DNA of 33,362 nucleotides from a virus (IMGVR_UViG_3300025018_000115:1-33362), one strand, 5' to 3'. Counted from the stretch's first letter, positions 24,201 through 33,145 are shown. Notes: generated by a model from the letters alone, not told the origin. Made by a program: numbers and translations.

Positions 24201-24442
24201 CATTGGTGCCAGGGTCTTTGGGATATCTAGGGCTAGCGAACAGTCTTGTTAATGCAGATCCAGGTACTATAGATATGATACCAAGTTACGGAGCAAGAAA
24301 CCTTGCTAATGCAACACAAGGAAGGAGTTCCATTGGAGCAGATACAAAGGAGGATGCCGTTAGAAAATCATTCAGATCTATACTAGGACGATCGGGTATA
24401 CCTGCTTACACCCTAGACCCAACAAAGACATCATCAAAATAG
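21269..24442 (+). CDS. large Ala/Gly/Lys-rich protein, probable internal virion / ejection protein (1057 aa)
   Basis: size, composition, amphipathic Gly/Ala segments and proximity to the head genes; no catalytic motif recognised. Confidence 0.55.
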   Translation: MATIEELQKKAKSLQSSLGSSTTAYAPNTAPSKSDVSLDSQLSSVNQQISDLRSKGIRNSWYGNDTTGGDNQSPPDGAVVKVLKALSLPMNAVVGTAQYALGKGTRSSLADNVNNAMKTGLSSGDVLKQLGVNNRAVQIPLGFALDVMLDPVNWATAGVGALIPRAGTGLIKGAVRDGAKGALKGVTSAIESGVERKAASAMGFVPLVRKISNVAPKVAEEGIPLSFMDKYRNTLIKGSDKFVKATDKVGERAIKSADKFDSVVGTDVYDRIGKGIGFGIAPTSQTVSNFAENTIKKVLPGEKGEKFIDFFKYSTKEADDVADLKDKITKLAKDKGVMLVRSENGAQFKTIDEGLKAMKEGTSIADKTGEVMKVAVKDADGVLTDTFKNGVKVFDNKENAISLLETAAEDYNLKHLDKVYEAVAPGKTGVKWYDNVIDKLKSTTVDDILNRRLGPGVDAVQFVEKEANQLVDTWNSYNKIKDLKPLEKILDGYSSYISLSKAAKVPMNVGSHVVANIGNFFMGAMMGLPVYKPGYYTSVKKASSLVKGKLSAKGLQEMFFNDINSMADMLDNNPTRFRQLTGIDPVEITGKINVEDRVLGAMGTSREDVLSFLKGAQSRIENEAAMAKMAAEKSRDLSKADSKILKDKMGRYSTASETAASMSDVAPLTAPELPTSFVGAEITPNKKLDKLKAWVAAEAENKPYNPAVRAADVLLNTMPRWYEHVDQSWKIGTTNYLTQIGLTEQELVTLSRTIPITKADILAPAIKNGERLYKLTPLKASEVAMEAYMNYAAMPDFVKVVRALPVVGSPFFSFPYAMAAKTAKTAIDNPAIFNKVGSLINEMNVGRTPQEKQALDEKYNEYLKSPTVVKMAGMWNTDVKNFVPYYTMNMFNPSERDYGDSIQGKMLNLSDKFPFLQDPIGQVVKDYVLTPWVLSGTGQTPQGGFGQPLYPNFDESGNPVDVGLGTKAFYAGRSAVESLVPGSLGYLGLANSLVNADPGTIDMIPSYGARNLANATQGRSSIGADTKEDAVRKSFRSILGRSGIPAYTLDPTKTSSK

Positions 24443-24556
24443 CTTTTATTTGAGTACTGTGATAGCATTTATAGGTGGGAGTTTTTGTTATTTCTTCCAC
24501 ACTTTTTTACAGCAGGTCACACAAATTGACAAGGCTTTTGTCATGACACTATCTCC

Positions 24557-24599
24557 AAAAAACACCTGATCACCCTCTCTCAAGGGCCAGGTGTTTTTT
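24557..24599 (+). terminator. intrinsic terminator (bidirectional potential)
   Basis: perfect 12-bp IR aaaaaacacctg / caggtgtttttt with an inner ccct/aggg stem. Confidence 0.8.
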
Positions 24600-24696
24600 G
24601 TTTGTCAATACTGTGTTATACTTGGTAAGTAGATCAATTTTATACCTGGGGGTTAGTCGTAAAATTATACTAGATATTATTTTAATTAATAAAAAA

Positions 24697-25206
24697 ATGG
24701 AACCAGATTTTAAACAAGCGCCACCATCTCCAGAAGGAGTACCTAATATTCCTGACGTAGTAGGTGTACCAAGTACTCCTGACGCAGGAGGGGCTGAATT
24801 ATCGCAGGAGCAAATGAGAGCAAATCTTGATGAGATGATGAATAAGATACAGGGTAAGTATCAAGATATAACAGCGCAAAAAGCATCTGTTGATAATCAG
24901 AATAAAAAAATGAACAGTGAAGCTTTGCGTGAGATTTTCGACATACTACAGTCTCAGGGGGTTGATCCAAGTAAACCTGAAGAAGTAAAGGCATTTATGG
25001 ATAAAATTGCACAGACAAATCCAGATTTGTATCAGCAAATTGAAACTGCGATACAGGGGATAATGGGAGAAGAGGATATCGCAGGTCCTGAAGCTGGAAT
25101 GGCATCTCCAGTAGGCCCTGCCGTAGAACCTCAAATGCAACCTCAAATGCCAGGTGAAAGTAATATGAATATGAGTCAAAATGATACACCACAAGAAAAT
25201 TTATGA
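24697..25206 (+). CDS. acidic Pro/Gln-rich helical protein (169 aa), possibly a virion component
   Basis: start moved to ATG 24697 (A-rich leader); the upstream in-frame part overlaps the terminator/promoter. Confidence 0.7.
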   Translation: MEPDFKQAPPSPEGVPNIPDVVGVPSTPDAGGAELSQEQMRANLDEMMNKIQGKYQDITAQKASVDNQNKKMNSEALREIFDILQSQGVDPSKPEEVKAFMDKIAQTNPDLYQQIETAIQGIMGEEDIAGPEAGMASPVGPAVEPQMQPQMPGESNMNMSQNDTPQENL

Positions 25207-25873
25207 GGACATATACTCGACTGATAGGGTTGACCCCACTGGGAAAAAATATAGACTCCCTATAGAGAAGGTATCATGTGAAGATATGGATCTAGAATCG
25301 TATACTGATGTTACGAGGGCATTTTTTAAGTCTTTTTATGACGATATGTTTCTCGGTTTTGTGAGGGCTTCGTGGCTGAGAAAAAAGTTTCGTTACGAAG
25401 GCAAGAAAGCAAAGATACCGGCTATGAATGGGAACATTCGGCATTTTACTGTATTCACAAAATTTTTAAGAAGAATAATTGGGCATGATATGCAAATTAT
25501 TACAAAATCATATACATATCCGAAACTGGAGACGCATTACTTCGATCAATTGTTCCCTGAGTTTATGGATAGAAATCCGTTTGATGATCCTGATTATTAT
25601 AGGTTCCCATATAAATTCATATCATTAGAATATCTGATGCTTATATATCAACTTGACGACAGGTTGGAATTACTGGAATTTGCTGATGAAAAAGAGATGA
25701 CGTTTGCAGAATTTATGGACTTCATAGTCAATCATATCTTGGCTGAGAATGAGCGATTGGGTGAATATAGATACGAATTAGCTCAACAAGATAAAAGACA
25801 CAGACCTTTTTTTGTCAGAGATAATAAAAAAGAACTCTCCTTGAGAGCCTTTCTTAAAAAGAAAAAGAAATGA
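25181..25873 (+). CDS. hypothetical protein (230 aa)
   Basis: ORF track; overlaps both neighbours. Confidence 0.75.
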   Translation: MIHHKKIYEDIYSTDRVDPTGKKYRLPIEKVSCEDMDLESYTDVTRAFFKSFYDDMFLGFVRASWLRKKFRYEGKKAKIPAMNGNIRHFTVFTKFLRRIIGHDMQIITKSYTYPKLETHYFDQLFPEFMDRNPFDDPDYYRFPYKFISLEYLMLIYQLDDRLELLEFADEKEMTFAEFMDFIVNHILAENERLGEYRYELAQQDKRHRPFFVRDNKKELSLRAFLKKKKK

Positions 25874-26391
25874 AAAAACTAAAACCAGCAGTTTTTGTAA
25901 ATGGAAGATACGGGTGGAATGCACAAAATACCACTCAGCAAATTCTTCTTATCAAGGCGCTTTCTATAACAAGTAACCCCAAAAAACTAAGAGACCTAAT
26001 CGGAGTGAAGACCGTTGCTGATGTGTATAGAACTCTTGATAAAATAGCAATGAGAAAGGAATACCACGCTGCTTTGGCAAAGGCAGGTATTACTTTTGAC
26101 TATGTTGTTGAAAATATAAAGGGTGTAGTTGACACAGCAAGAAAAGATTCTGACAAACTAAAAGGTCTGGAGATGATATTAAAATCAATTGGGTTAGAAA
26201 AGTATGAGGAAACAGCGATAGGTGGCGGAGGATGGGAAGAAGCATTACTCAAGGTTACAAATGGAAAGGATTCAGACGCTGAAGACTCTGTAAAAATAGT
26301 TCCGTATGATGTTGTTACTCCAGAGATGCCTGAACATATCAGGATAGCAAAGGAGAAATCTAACAAAGAAGCAAAAGGATTATATGAATAA
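25870..26391 (+). CDS. probable terminase small subunit
   Basis: directly upstream of and overlapping TerL; HTH-like N-half and helical DSDKLKGLEMILKSIG segment. Confidence 0.55.
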   Translation: MKKLKPAVFVNGRYGWNAQNTTQQILLIKALSITSNPKKLRDLIGVKTVADVYRTLDKIAMRKEYHAALAKAGITFDYVVENIKGVVDTARKDSDKLKGLEMILKSIGLEKYEETAIGGGGWEEALLKVTNGKDSDAEDSVKIVPYDVVTPEMPEHIRIAKEKSNKEAKGLYE

Positions 26392-27820
26392 TATAGAGCA
26401 ATTAGCTGACCCAAAATTCTATCTTGAAAACTTTTGTAGGATTAAAGGAAAGGAGGGTAAGGGTCTAGAACCGTTTATTTTAAAGCCAGCACAGTTGGAT
26501 ATTTTTAATGTCCTTAGAAATCATAACCGAGTTATGATCGTCAAGGCGCGTCAGATCGGTTTCAGCACGGCGGTGACTGGCTTCTTGTATCACAAGACTA
26601 TTATTACAGAAGGTGTGACATCGGCCATTGTCGGGTATAACAACGACCTTACAGCCGAGCTCCTGGATAAGATTAAGACTTTTTATAGAACAACCCCGGA
26701 CCAGTTAAAACCGACCATTTTATATAACTCAAAATACGAGATATCTTTTCCAAAGGTTGATTCAAAAATTTTAGTTCTTCCCTCTACTGAAAACGTGGGG
26801 CGAGGATATACAATCAACTATGCTCTTTTAACTGAGTTACCTTTCTGGGATAAGGTTGAGGAGAAAATGGTTACACTAGAAGCATCAGTTCCCGTTAATG
26901 GTAAAATAATAATCGAATCATCTCCTGGTGCTGTTGGAGATTATTTCCATAGAATGTGGGTTTCAGATAACGGATATATTAAAAAAGAATATGGATGGTG
27001 GTGGAACTATACAGAAGAGGAGGTTGAGACAATAAGAAAGAGGATGAACAATTCAAGGCAGTTCAACAACAACTATGCCTTGGAATTTTTGATTTCAGGT
27101 AGAGCTGTTTTTACACAAGAAGCAATCTCTTGGCAGAGAAAACATGTATTAAAGGTTGGTGATAGCATAAAACTAGAAGACGGACAGGAATTTTTTATAA
27201 AGGAGGATGAGGGATTCAGAATGTACAAACCACCAGAGCCCGGTCATTTTTATGTTGTTGGCGCCGACTGTGCCGAGGGTGTGACTGGAGGGGACTACTC
27301 TGTTGCTGTTATTATTGACAGAACCACAGGGGAAGAGGTTGGTTTTTGGAGAGGTCACATTGCCCCTGATAGATTTGGTAAGATACTAAACAGGTGGGGA
27401 CGTGAATATAACAACGCCCTGATGGTGGTGGAGTCTGAGGCACACGGTAACGTTGTATTGAATATATTAAAACAGATGCTTTACCCATCTTTGTACTTTA
27501 GACCTTCTAGATTCGATTCGATAGGAAACCCGTGGTCAGACAAACTTGGCTGGAAAACAACCAAGCTAACAAGACCAATTCTTATTGATGAATTTGAACA
27601 AGCAACAAGAGAAAAAACAATTATTCTGCATTCTAAAGAAATCGTGGATGAAATGAACGTTTTTGTTTTTAATGATGCAAATAACATGGTTGCCATGGAG
27701 TCTTATCACGACGACTGCGTGCTGGCGACGGCTATTGCTCTGCAAGGATTCAAGGTTATTTCAGATAAACCTCTAAATCAATTAGATTATTCTCAACATC
27801 TTCCTACTTCAGGGTATTAA
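26384..27820 (+). CDS. terL: terminase large subunit
   Basis: KARQIGFST (Walker A), LLTELPFW (Walker B variant), IIIESSPG (motif III), nuclease acidic motifs GADCAEG and HDDCVLA. Confidence 0.93.
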   Translation: MNNIEQLADPKFYLENFCRIKGKEGKGLEPFILKPAQLDIFNVLRNHNRVMIVKARQIGFSTAVTGFLYHKTIITEGVTSAIVGYNNDLTAELLDKIKTFYRTTPDQLKPTILYNSKYEISFPKVDSKILVLPSTENVGRGYTINYALLTELPFWDKVEEKMVTLEASVPVNGKIIIESSPGAVGDYFHRMWVSDNGYIKKEYGWWWNYTEEEVETIRKRMNNSRQFNNNYALEFLISGRAVFTQEAISWQRKHVLKVGDSIKLEDGQEFFIKEDEGFRMYKPPEPGHFYVVGADCAEGVTGGDYSVAVIIDRTTGEEVGFWRGHIAPDRFGKILNRWGREYNNALMVVESEAHGNVVLNILKQMLYPSLYFRPSRFDSIGNPWSDKLGWKTTKLTRPILIDEFEQATREKTIILHSKEIVDEMNVFVFNDANNMVAMESYHDDCVLATAIALQGFKVISDKPLNQLDYSQHLPTSGY

Positions 27821-27835
27821 TGTTATAATTTATGA

Positions 27836-28537
27836 ATGCCAACAGGAATATATAATAGAACTAAGGATCATAATGAAAAAAACTCTAAGGCTCAGCTAGG
27901 AGAAAAGAATCATAGATTTGGAAAGAAAGATACTGAGGAACAGAGAAAAAAGAAGAGTGAATCCCATAAGGGGCTCACTCACTCGAAAGAAACAATAGAG
28001 AAGATAAGGAAGTCTAATCTCGGGCAGAAACGCTCTCCAGAGGTCTGTCGAAAAATAAGCCTGGCAAAAACTGGAAAAAAGATAAAGCCTAGGAGTGAAG
28101 AAGTTAGAAAAAAAATGTCAGAACAGATGATGGGCAAGCCCCATCCTCATGTTGGATGGGTACAATCAGATGAAACGAAGGAAAAAATAAGAGCAAGCCT
28201 TGTTGGGCGTAAAAATCCAAATAATTCAGGTAAAAATCACTATGCGTGGAAAGGGGGGAAATCAAGGAGTAATATTATAAGAAGATCTTCTGAATATAAG
28301 ATATGGAGAAAAAGTGTATACGAAAGAGATAACTATACATGCCAAAGGTACGGCACAAAAGGAGGAAAACTTCATCCTCATCATATTATAAATTTCTCGG
28401 AGAATGAAGAACTTCGTTTCGATGTATCAAACGGAATTACATTATCTGTAAAAGCACACATAGAATTCCACAAAAAATATGGATACAGTAAAAATACTAA
28501 AGAGCAAATAGATGAGTTTATTAGTTCAGGTTATTAA
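27836..28537 (+). CDS. free-standing NUMOD3-repeat HNH homing endonuclease
   Basis: about five S.E.+.K+S...G repeats; WRKSVYERDNYTCQ...HPHHI...NGITL...H. Confidence 0.88.
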   Translation: MPTGIYNRTKDHNEKNSKAQLGEKNHRFGKKDTEEQRKKKSESHKGLTHSKETIEKIRKSNLGQKRSPEVCRKISLAKTGKKIKPRSEEVRKKMSEQMMGKPHPHVGWVQSDETKEKIRASLVGRKNPNNSGKNHYAWKGGKSRSNIIRRSSEYKIWRKSVYERDNYTCQRYGTKGGKLHPHHIINFSENEELRFDVSNGITLSVKAHIEFHKKYGYSKNTKEQIDEFISSGY

Positions 28538-28580
28538 AAAGTAGGGGACTGTAGTATAATTACATCAAACAAAAAAACAC

Positions 28581-30704
28581 ATGGCTAATAAATACTCGAC
28601 ATATAACACATACACCCCGTCTGATTACGGGGAGGACGAACAAGACATGCAGACAAGATTCCACTTGCAGATGCAGGATTCTCGTCAGCATTTTTTGAAC
28701 ATAATAAAACCAAGACTAGACAGATCTTATAAACTATACATTGCTTATAACGGAGATAGACAAACACAGATAAAACCGTGGCAGTCAAACATTTTTGTAC
28801 CTTACGTACAAGCTGTGGTTGAAACACTAATGCCTAGGGTTCTTGACGCAAGACCAGATTTTTCTGTTCAAGGAAGAACCGCAGAAGACCAAGCTAAATC
28901 TGAAAAACAACAGCAGCTAGGTGATTATATCTGGGAGATTTCAAAGATGGATAAGGTTACAGAAAACGTCGTCAGGTCATCTCTTATCTACGGAATGGGA
29001 TATTTACAGGCTTTTTGGAAAAAAGATGTTAGGGAACAGAAGTTTTTACAGACAAAAGACCTTCTAAAGCAAAAATATGCTTGGAAGAAGGAAAAAAGGA
29101 CATTTTATGATGCTCCGTGTGCAGAATGGGTAGACAACTACTCACTGATGTACGATTGGCATAATACTGACAGAGAAAGCAAGCAATATTGGTTCAAAAG
29201 ACTAGTATTAACTGCGCCTGAGATAAGGAGAAAATACCCAAACGCTGATAAAGAAAGACTTGAACTTGCACTAAAAAGCCCAGGAGGTGATTTGACTGAT
29301 TACGCGGCTATAAGAACACAGGTAAAACAGGGTTCTAATATGCTCGTTAAGGGCTCAAGTATGTGGAATGGACCTTCTTATGGATACGCTAGTGATAAAT
29401 ACAATAGTTTTGGTTATCCAGAGCTACAAATGTATGAAGTTTTCGAATGGACACAACCATTTGATGATTTTTACTCTGTTCATGTTGGCAGTAGTTATGT
29501 TCCTATCCTAAAGGGAGGTTATATGCCTATTCCCTATGACTTTAAGGAGGCCACCTTTATAGATTTTCCTTATCTAAAAGTACCTGGAGAATATGAAGGC
29601 TATGGTTTGCCATTGATTTTGGAAAACCCACAGATAATGATGAACATGATAAAGAACCAGAGATTAGATGCTGCAACTTTGTCTATTCACAAGATGTGGA
29701 TCGTTAACCCACTTGCCAATATTAACAAAGAAGAGCTTGTAACCCGACCTTTCGGTATTATTTACTCAATTGACCCTAACGGAGTTAGGGAAGTTCAGTT
29801 CAGTGATATAAAAGCATCTGCATACAAAGAAGAAGACCTTCTAAAGTCAGACATGAGATATGCGTCTGGAGTTGATGACTTCTCTATGGGTGCTGGAGGA
29901 GGAGCAAATAGTGCTACTGAGGTTAGACACCTTCGAGAATCTACTCTTGAGCGAGTACGACTATTCGTTAACCACCTAGGGGATGGTTTTTCAGATTTGA
30001 TGAGATATTGGATGGACATGTCACGTCAGTTCTTTACTGAGGATATGATAATAAGAATTGTTGGAGATGATGGAAAAGAAATGTTCCCACTAATTCAAAA
30101 AGAAGACCTGATGGGTAATTTTGATTATAGAGCAACTGTATTGCCATCAATTGCAGGGCAACAAGACATCAAGAAGAAACAAGATATGGACCTATTCCAG
30201 TTGTTAATCAACCTTCCGTTCGTAGACCCACAGAAACTTACTCAAAAAGTTCTAACAGACTGGAACTGGTCATTGGATTCTGTGGCTAAATCAGAAGATG
30301 CTCCAGCTCCAGCTATTGGACCAGACGGACAGCCAATGGTTGGACCAGACGGACAGCCAATGGAGGATCCTGCAGCAGGAGGAATACCAGCAGGTGCTCC
30401 TCAAATAGCCCCACCAGACGCAAGTACAAAGAATATCCCCAAGGGTGTTGCAAGTCAGGTTATGTCTATGCTTGGCGGGTCTATGGCGCCAGCTAGTCCT
30501 TTTGGACAGGCTTCTTCTCCAATTAACCTTCTGCAGGCAGGTGGTCCACCGCCAACAGCAGCGAGAATCCCTCTCCCAACATCTAATCCACGGGGTTTTA
30601 ATATGGGGGGAAAGGTTAACACAAACATTTCATCGAACCCCCAAAATAGTAATCCAGAGTCTCAGTTAATGAACAGAGCCTCTTCATTACAGAGTGGTAG
30701 GTAA
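28581..30704 (+). CDS. portal protein (podovirus P22/SU10-like) with a low-complexity C-terminal tail
   Basis: position after TerL; SNIFVPYVQAVVETLMPR, Q..MN.IKNQRLD, SGVDDFSMG...SATEV motifs. Confidence 0.88.
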   Translation: MANKYSTYNTYTPSDYGEDEQDMQTRFHLQMQDSRQHFLNIIKPRLDRSYKLYIAYNGDRQTQIKPWQSNIFVPYVQAVVETLMPRVLDARPDFSVQGRTAEDQAKSEKQQQLGDYIWEISKMDKVTENVVRSSLIYGMGYLQAFWKKDVREQKFLQTKDLLKQKYAWKKEKRTFYDAPCAEWVDNYSLMYDWHNTDRESKQYWFKRLVLTAPEIRRKYPNADKERLELALKSPGGDLTDYAAIRTQVKQGSNMLVKGSSMWNGPSYGYASDKYNSFGYPELQMYEVFEWTQPFDDFYSVHVGSSYVPILKGGYMPIPYDFKEATFIDFPYLKVPGEYEGYGLPLILENPQIMMNMIKNQRLDAATLSIHKMWIVNPLANINKEELVTRPFGIIYSIDPNGVREVQFSDIKASAYKEEDLLKSDMRYASGVDDFSMGAGGGANSATEVRHLRESTLERVRLFVNHLGDGFSDLMRYWMDMSRQFFTEDMIIRIVGDDGKEMFPLIQKEDLMGNFDYRATVLPSIAGQQDIKKKQDMDLFQLLINLPFVDPQKLTQKVLTDWNWSLDSVAKSEDAPAPAIGPDGQPMVGPDGQPMEDPAAGGIPAGAPQIAPPDASTKNIPKGVASQVMSMLGGSMAPASPFGQASSPINLLQAGGPPPTAARIPLPTSNPRGFNMGGKVNTNISSNPQNSNPESQLMNRASSLQSGR
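30316..30363 (+). repeat. perfect 24-bp tandem duplication in the portal tail
   Basis: ttggaccagacggacagccaatgg x2 (GPDGQPM). Confidence 0.9.
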
Positions 30705-30724
30705 TTATTAATAAAAGTAAAAAT

Positions 30725-30982
30725 ATGGACAAAAAAAATTCAATGAAGAAATACACAGAAAAAGGTGGCCCAGGAATGATGGATAGAATTAAGGGAGGCC
30801 TGAGTGGGGCAGCAAAAAGCTTCTATGGACCAGTTGACCCAGCTTCTATGGCATCAAGAGCTGTAAGAGGAGCAGGAGAAAAGATGGGTTCTGTAAGAGC
30901 CCCTAAGATGGGGAAAGTACCTAACGGGCTAAAGACATTGATGAAGAACTCAATGAAAAAGGCCGTGAATAAATTTAAATAA
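30725..30982 (+). CDS. small basic Met/Gly/Lys-rich protein
   Basis: ORF track. Confidence 0.7.
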   Translation: MDKKNSMKKYTEKGGPGMMDRIKGGLSGAAKSFYGPVDPASMASRAVRGAGEKMGSVRAPKMGKVPNGLKTLMKNSMKKAVNKFK

Positions 30983-30995
30983 TAAATATAAAATT

Positions 30996-31349
30996 ATGAA
31001 TACAAACAAAGAAAAAATAGCAGCTTACTTCACAGATGACATAAGAGCCAATGTGCAGGGAATGTCAAACAAGGATATGCGAGAATTGTTATTGAGTTTA
31101 GAAGGTACACCACAGTGGTTTGCAATTCTAAAATACAATCAAGATCGTATTTCCTCTGTTCAGAATTCATTTCTAGTTCTTGACCCGGTCAAGGAACCTT
31201 CAAAGATTTCACAGTATCAAGGTGTGATTACAGGGGTGCTAGATTTGCAAGATGCTGTTTTATCTTTAAAGTTTGAATCAGAAGAGGCAGAGAACCCAAC
31301 CCCAGTAGATGATAAAGACGAATTGGGAGGAGCGTATTCTGCGCATTAA
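30996..31349 (+). CDS. hypothetical head-region protein (117 aa)
   Basis: ORF track; helical. Confidence 0.75.
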   Translation: MNTNKEKIAAYFTDDIRANVQGMSNKDMRELLLSLEGTPQWFAILKYNQDRISSVQNSFLVLDPVKEPSKISQYQGVITGVLDLQDAVLSLKFESEEAENPTPVDDKDELGGAYSAH

Positions 31350-31373
31350 TAGAACTTATGGTATAATAATAAA

Positions 31374-31742
31374 ATGAAAGACACATCTAAAAAAGAAATA
31401 ATGAAAGGGGCGATTGATAAGATCAAACTTGTTAACGCTGGTGTTAAATCAGATTATGGAAACGAAATGCCTTCTAGTTATTCCAAAGACTATATTCACT
31501 ATCCCAATCTTCATTTGAGTACAAAAGAAGCTCCTATGCTAGCAGGATCAGAGGTTGGGAATGACGTAACTCTTCTTATAAAGACAAAAGTGGTTTCTCA
31601 TTCAATGAATCAAAATTCAAAGAGGAAAAACGAAGACTTCTGTCTTGAGGTTAGAGAAATAGGGGTTGTTTCTGTTAATGAGAACGAAGACAAATCAGAA
31701 AGAAAGTCAGAAGACAGCAGTAAGGACGAAGAAAAAGATTAG
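31374..31742 (+). CDS. head-region protein, possibly capsid-staple-like
   Basis: YP.L.L...E...L....VG..VTL..K.KVVS.S pattern; has its own extended -10 box. Confidence 0.55.
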   Translation: MKDTSKKEIMKGAIDKIKLVNAGVKSDYGNEMPSSYSKDYIHYPNLHLSTKEAPMLAGSEVGNDVTLLIKTKVVSHSMNQNSKRKNEDFCLEVREIGVVSVNENEDKSERKSEDSSKDEEKD

Positions 31743-31743
31743 C

Positions 31744-31884
31744 ATGGAAAACCCAAACGCTGAACCCAATTATCAGACAGCAACTACGACAGCAAGCTCA
31801 GCTGCTGATGGCAGGTTAAAGGTCGACGTTGGGGGTATGAAAAAAAAGATTATCAAAAAACAAATCAAGAAACATGCAAGATAA
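31744..31884 (+). CDS. micro-protein (46 aa)
   Basis: ATG 1 nt after the upstream stop (C-terminal part of the 31666..31884 ORF). Confidence 0.5.
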   Translation: MENPNAEPNYQTATTTASSAADGRLKVDVGGMKKKIIKKQIKKHAR

Positions 31885-32101
31885 AGGGAAAAAAGAAAGT
31901 TACGACCAGTCAGAATTGTTGGGAGTAAAACCATATGCTAGTATTGGACCGGGGAGAACATCAGAAGAAACAGCTATTGTCGGTAAATTGAAAAAGAAAA
32001 AGCAGGCAATGGTTGCAAAAGGATCTACCTCACAAGATGGAGAAAAGGCGAATGTCGGTTCTGTGTCAAGGTCAATAGGTAGCTTTGTAAATCGACCGTA
32101 A
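31874..32101 (+). CDS. small hypothetical protein (75 aa)
   Basis: ORF track. Confidence 0.65.
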   Translation: MQDKGKKESYDQSELLGVKPYASIGPGRTSEETAIVGKLKKKKQAMVAKGSTSQDGEKANVGSVSRSIGSFVNRP

Positions 32102-32113
32102 TATATATTAAGT

Positions 32114-32260
32114 ATGAAAAACGAGGACATAAACAATTCAATAACGGAAGCTCTTATCAAATTCAAAAAGGAAGAAGATAAAGAGCCAACGAAGGAAGGT
32201 GTTAGTCTGTTGGACATTACCAAGAAGCTTTCTTCTAGGAAGTTCGACAACAAAAAGTAG
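32114..32260 (+). CDS. micro-protein (48 aa, MKNEDINNSITEALIK...)
   Basis: translated by hand. Confidence 0.55.
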   Translation: MKNEDINNSITEALIKFKKEEDKEPTKEGVSLLDITKKLSSRKFDNKK

Positions 32261-32308
32261 AAACAATTCAATTGAGCTCAGTTGATTTATTAATTATGAA
32301 AAAAAACA

Positions 32309-33097
32309 ATGTCAGATAATATTTTTGATGGGTCCGCAGAAGCGGGTAGCCCAATAGCATCGAGTGTTCCAAACGCTAATGATCTTGGCGGTAATGGGCA
32401 GACACACGAAAAAAAGGATGAAGGTAAGATAGATCCAGAACAGCACAAGGAATTAGAATCCTTGGCAGGCAGATTGGGGAAAGAGGTAGGTGAATACCGA
32501 CAATTTTTCACAGACATCGCCCCATTGCTAGATAAGCTCGATAAGAGCCCAGAAATAGTTCAGGCTATCGTAGATGGAAATATAACCCCCGAATTAGCAA
32601 AAGCTGCTATGGAAGGTAAAATATCTCTAAAGGAGGCAGAAGTTGTCACAAAAGCCCATGATGAGGTCAAAAAAGACCTCGGAAAGGAATACAAAGGATC
32701 AACGCCAGAGGAAATTAATAAATTGGTCGAAGATAAAGCCAAGGAAATGCAGGCTGACTTCGATAAAAAATTCAAGCAACGAGATGAACTTGCTGCCTTT
32801 GAATCAAGCATTAATGAATTCATTTCAAAAACCACAGACTTTTCTAAATACGCAGCAGAAATTGACAAATGGATAGACGACCATGATGTCACAGATATTG
32901 CAGTAGCATATTATGCCGTAAAGGGAGAGATATCAGAAAGAGAAGCTCGTAAGCAGGCAGAAATTGCAAGAGCAGAAATGGAGAAGAGTGGGGCTCAAAA
33001 CATGTCAGGCGGGAACGCCCATGTAACTCATGTTAGAGATAACAAACAAGTAGTTGACAGCCTCATTGCATCTAAAGCAAATCCAAACGTATTCTAG
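32309..33097 (+). CDS. probable capsid scaffolding protein
   Basis: acidic coiled-coil protein immediately upstream of the capsid gene. Confidence 0.75.
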   Translation: MSDNIFDGSAEAGSPIASSVPNANDLGGNGQTHEKKDEGKIDPEQHKELESLAGRLGKEVGEYRQFFTDIAPLLDKLDKSPEIVQAIVDGNITPELAKAAMEGKISLKEAEVVTKAHDEVKKDLGKEYKGSTPEEINKLVEDKAKEMQADFDKKFKQRDELAAFESSINEFISKTTDFSKYAAEIDKWIDDHDVTDIAVAYYAVKGEISEREARKQAEIARAEMEKSGAQNMSGGNAHVTHVRDNKQVVDSLIASKANPNVF

Positions 33098-33125
33098 TAA
33101 TTGGGTGGTGCTATCGCTTTTATAG

Positions 33126-33145
33126 GACTATGTTATAATATAGTC
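33126..33145 (+). promoter_or_regulatory. extended -10 (TGTTATAAT) embedded in a 20-bp near-perfect palindrome upstream of the capsid gene
   Basis: gactat-g-ttataa-t-atagtc. Confidence 0.6.

Noticed and set aside
24474-24547. ACAGCAG and small hairpins after the 1057-aa gene
   Set aside because: Lacks the stem-NN-ACAGCAA architecture; more simply terminator/leader hairpins.
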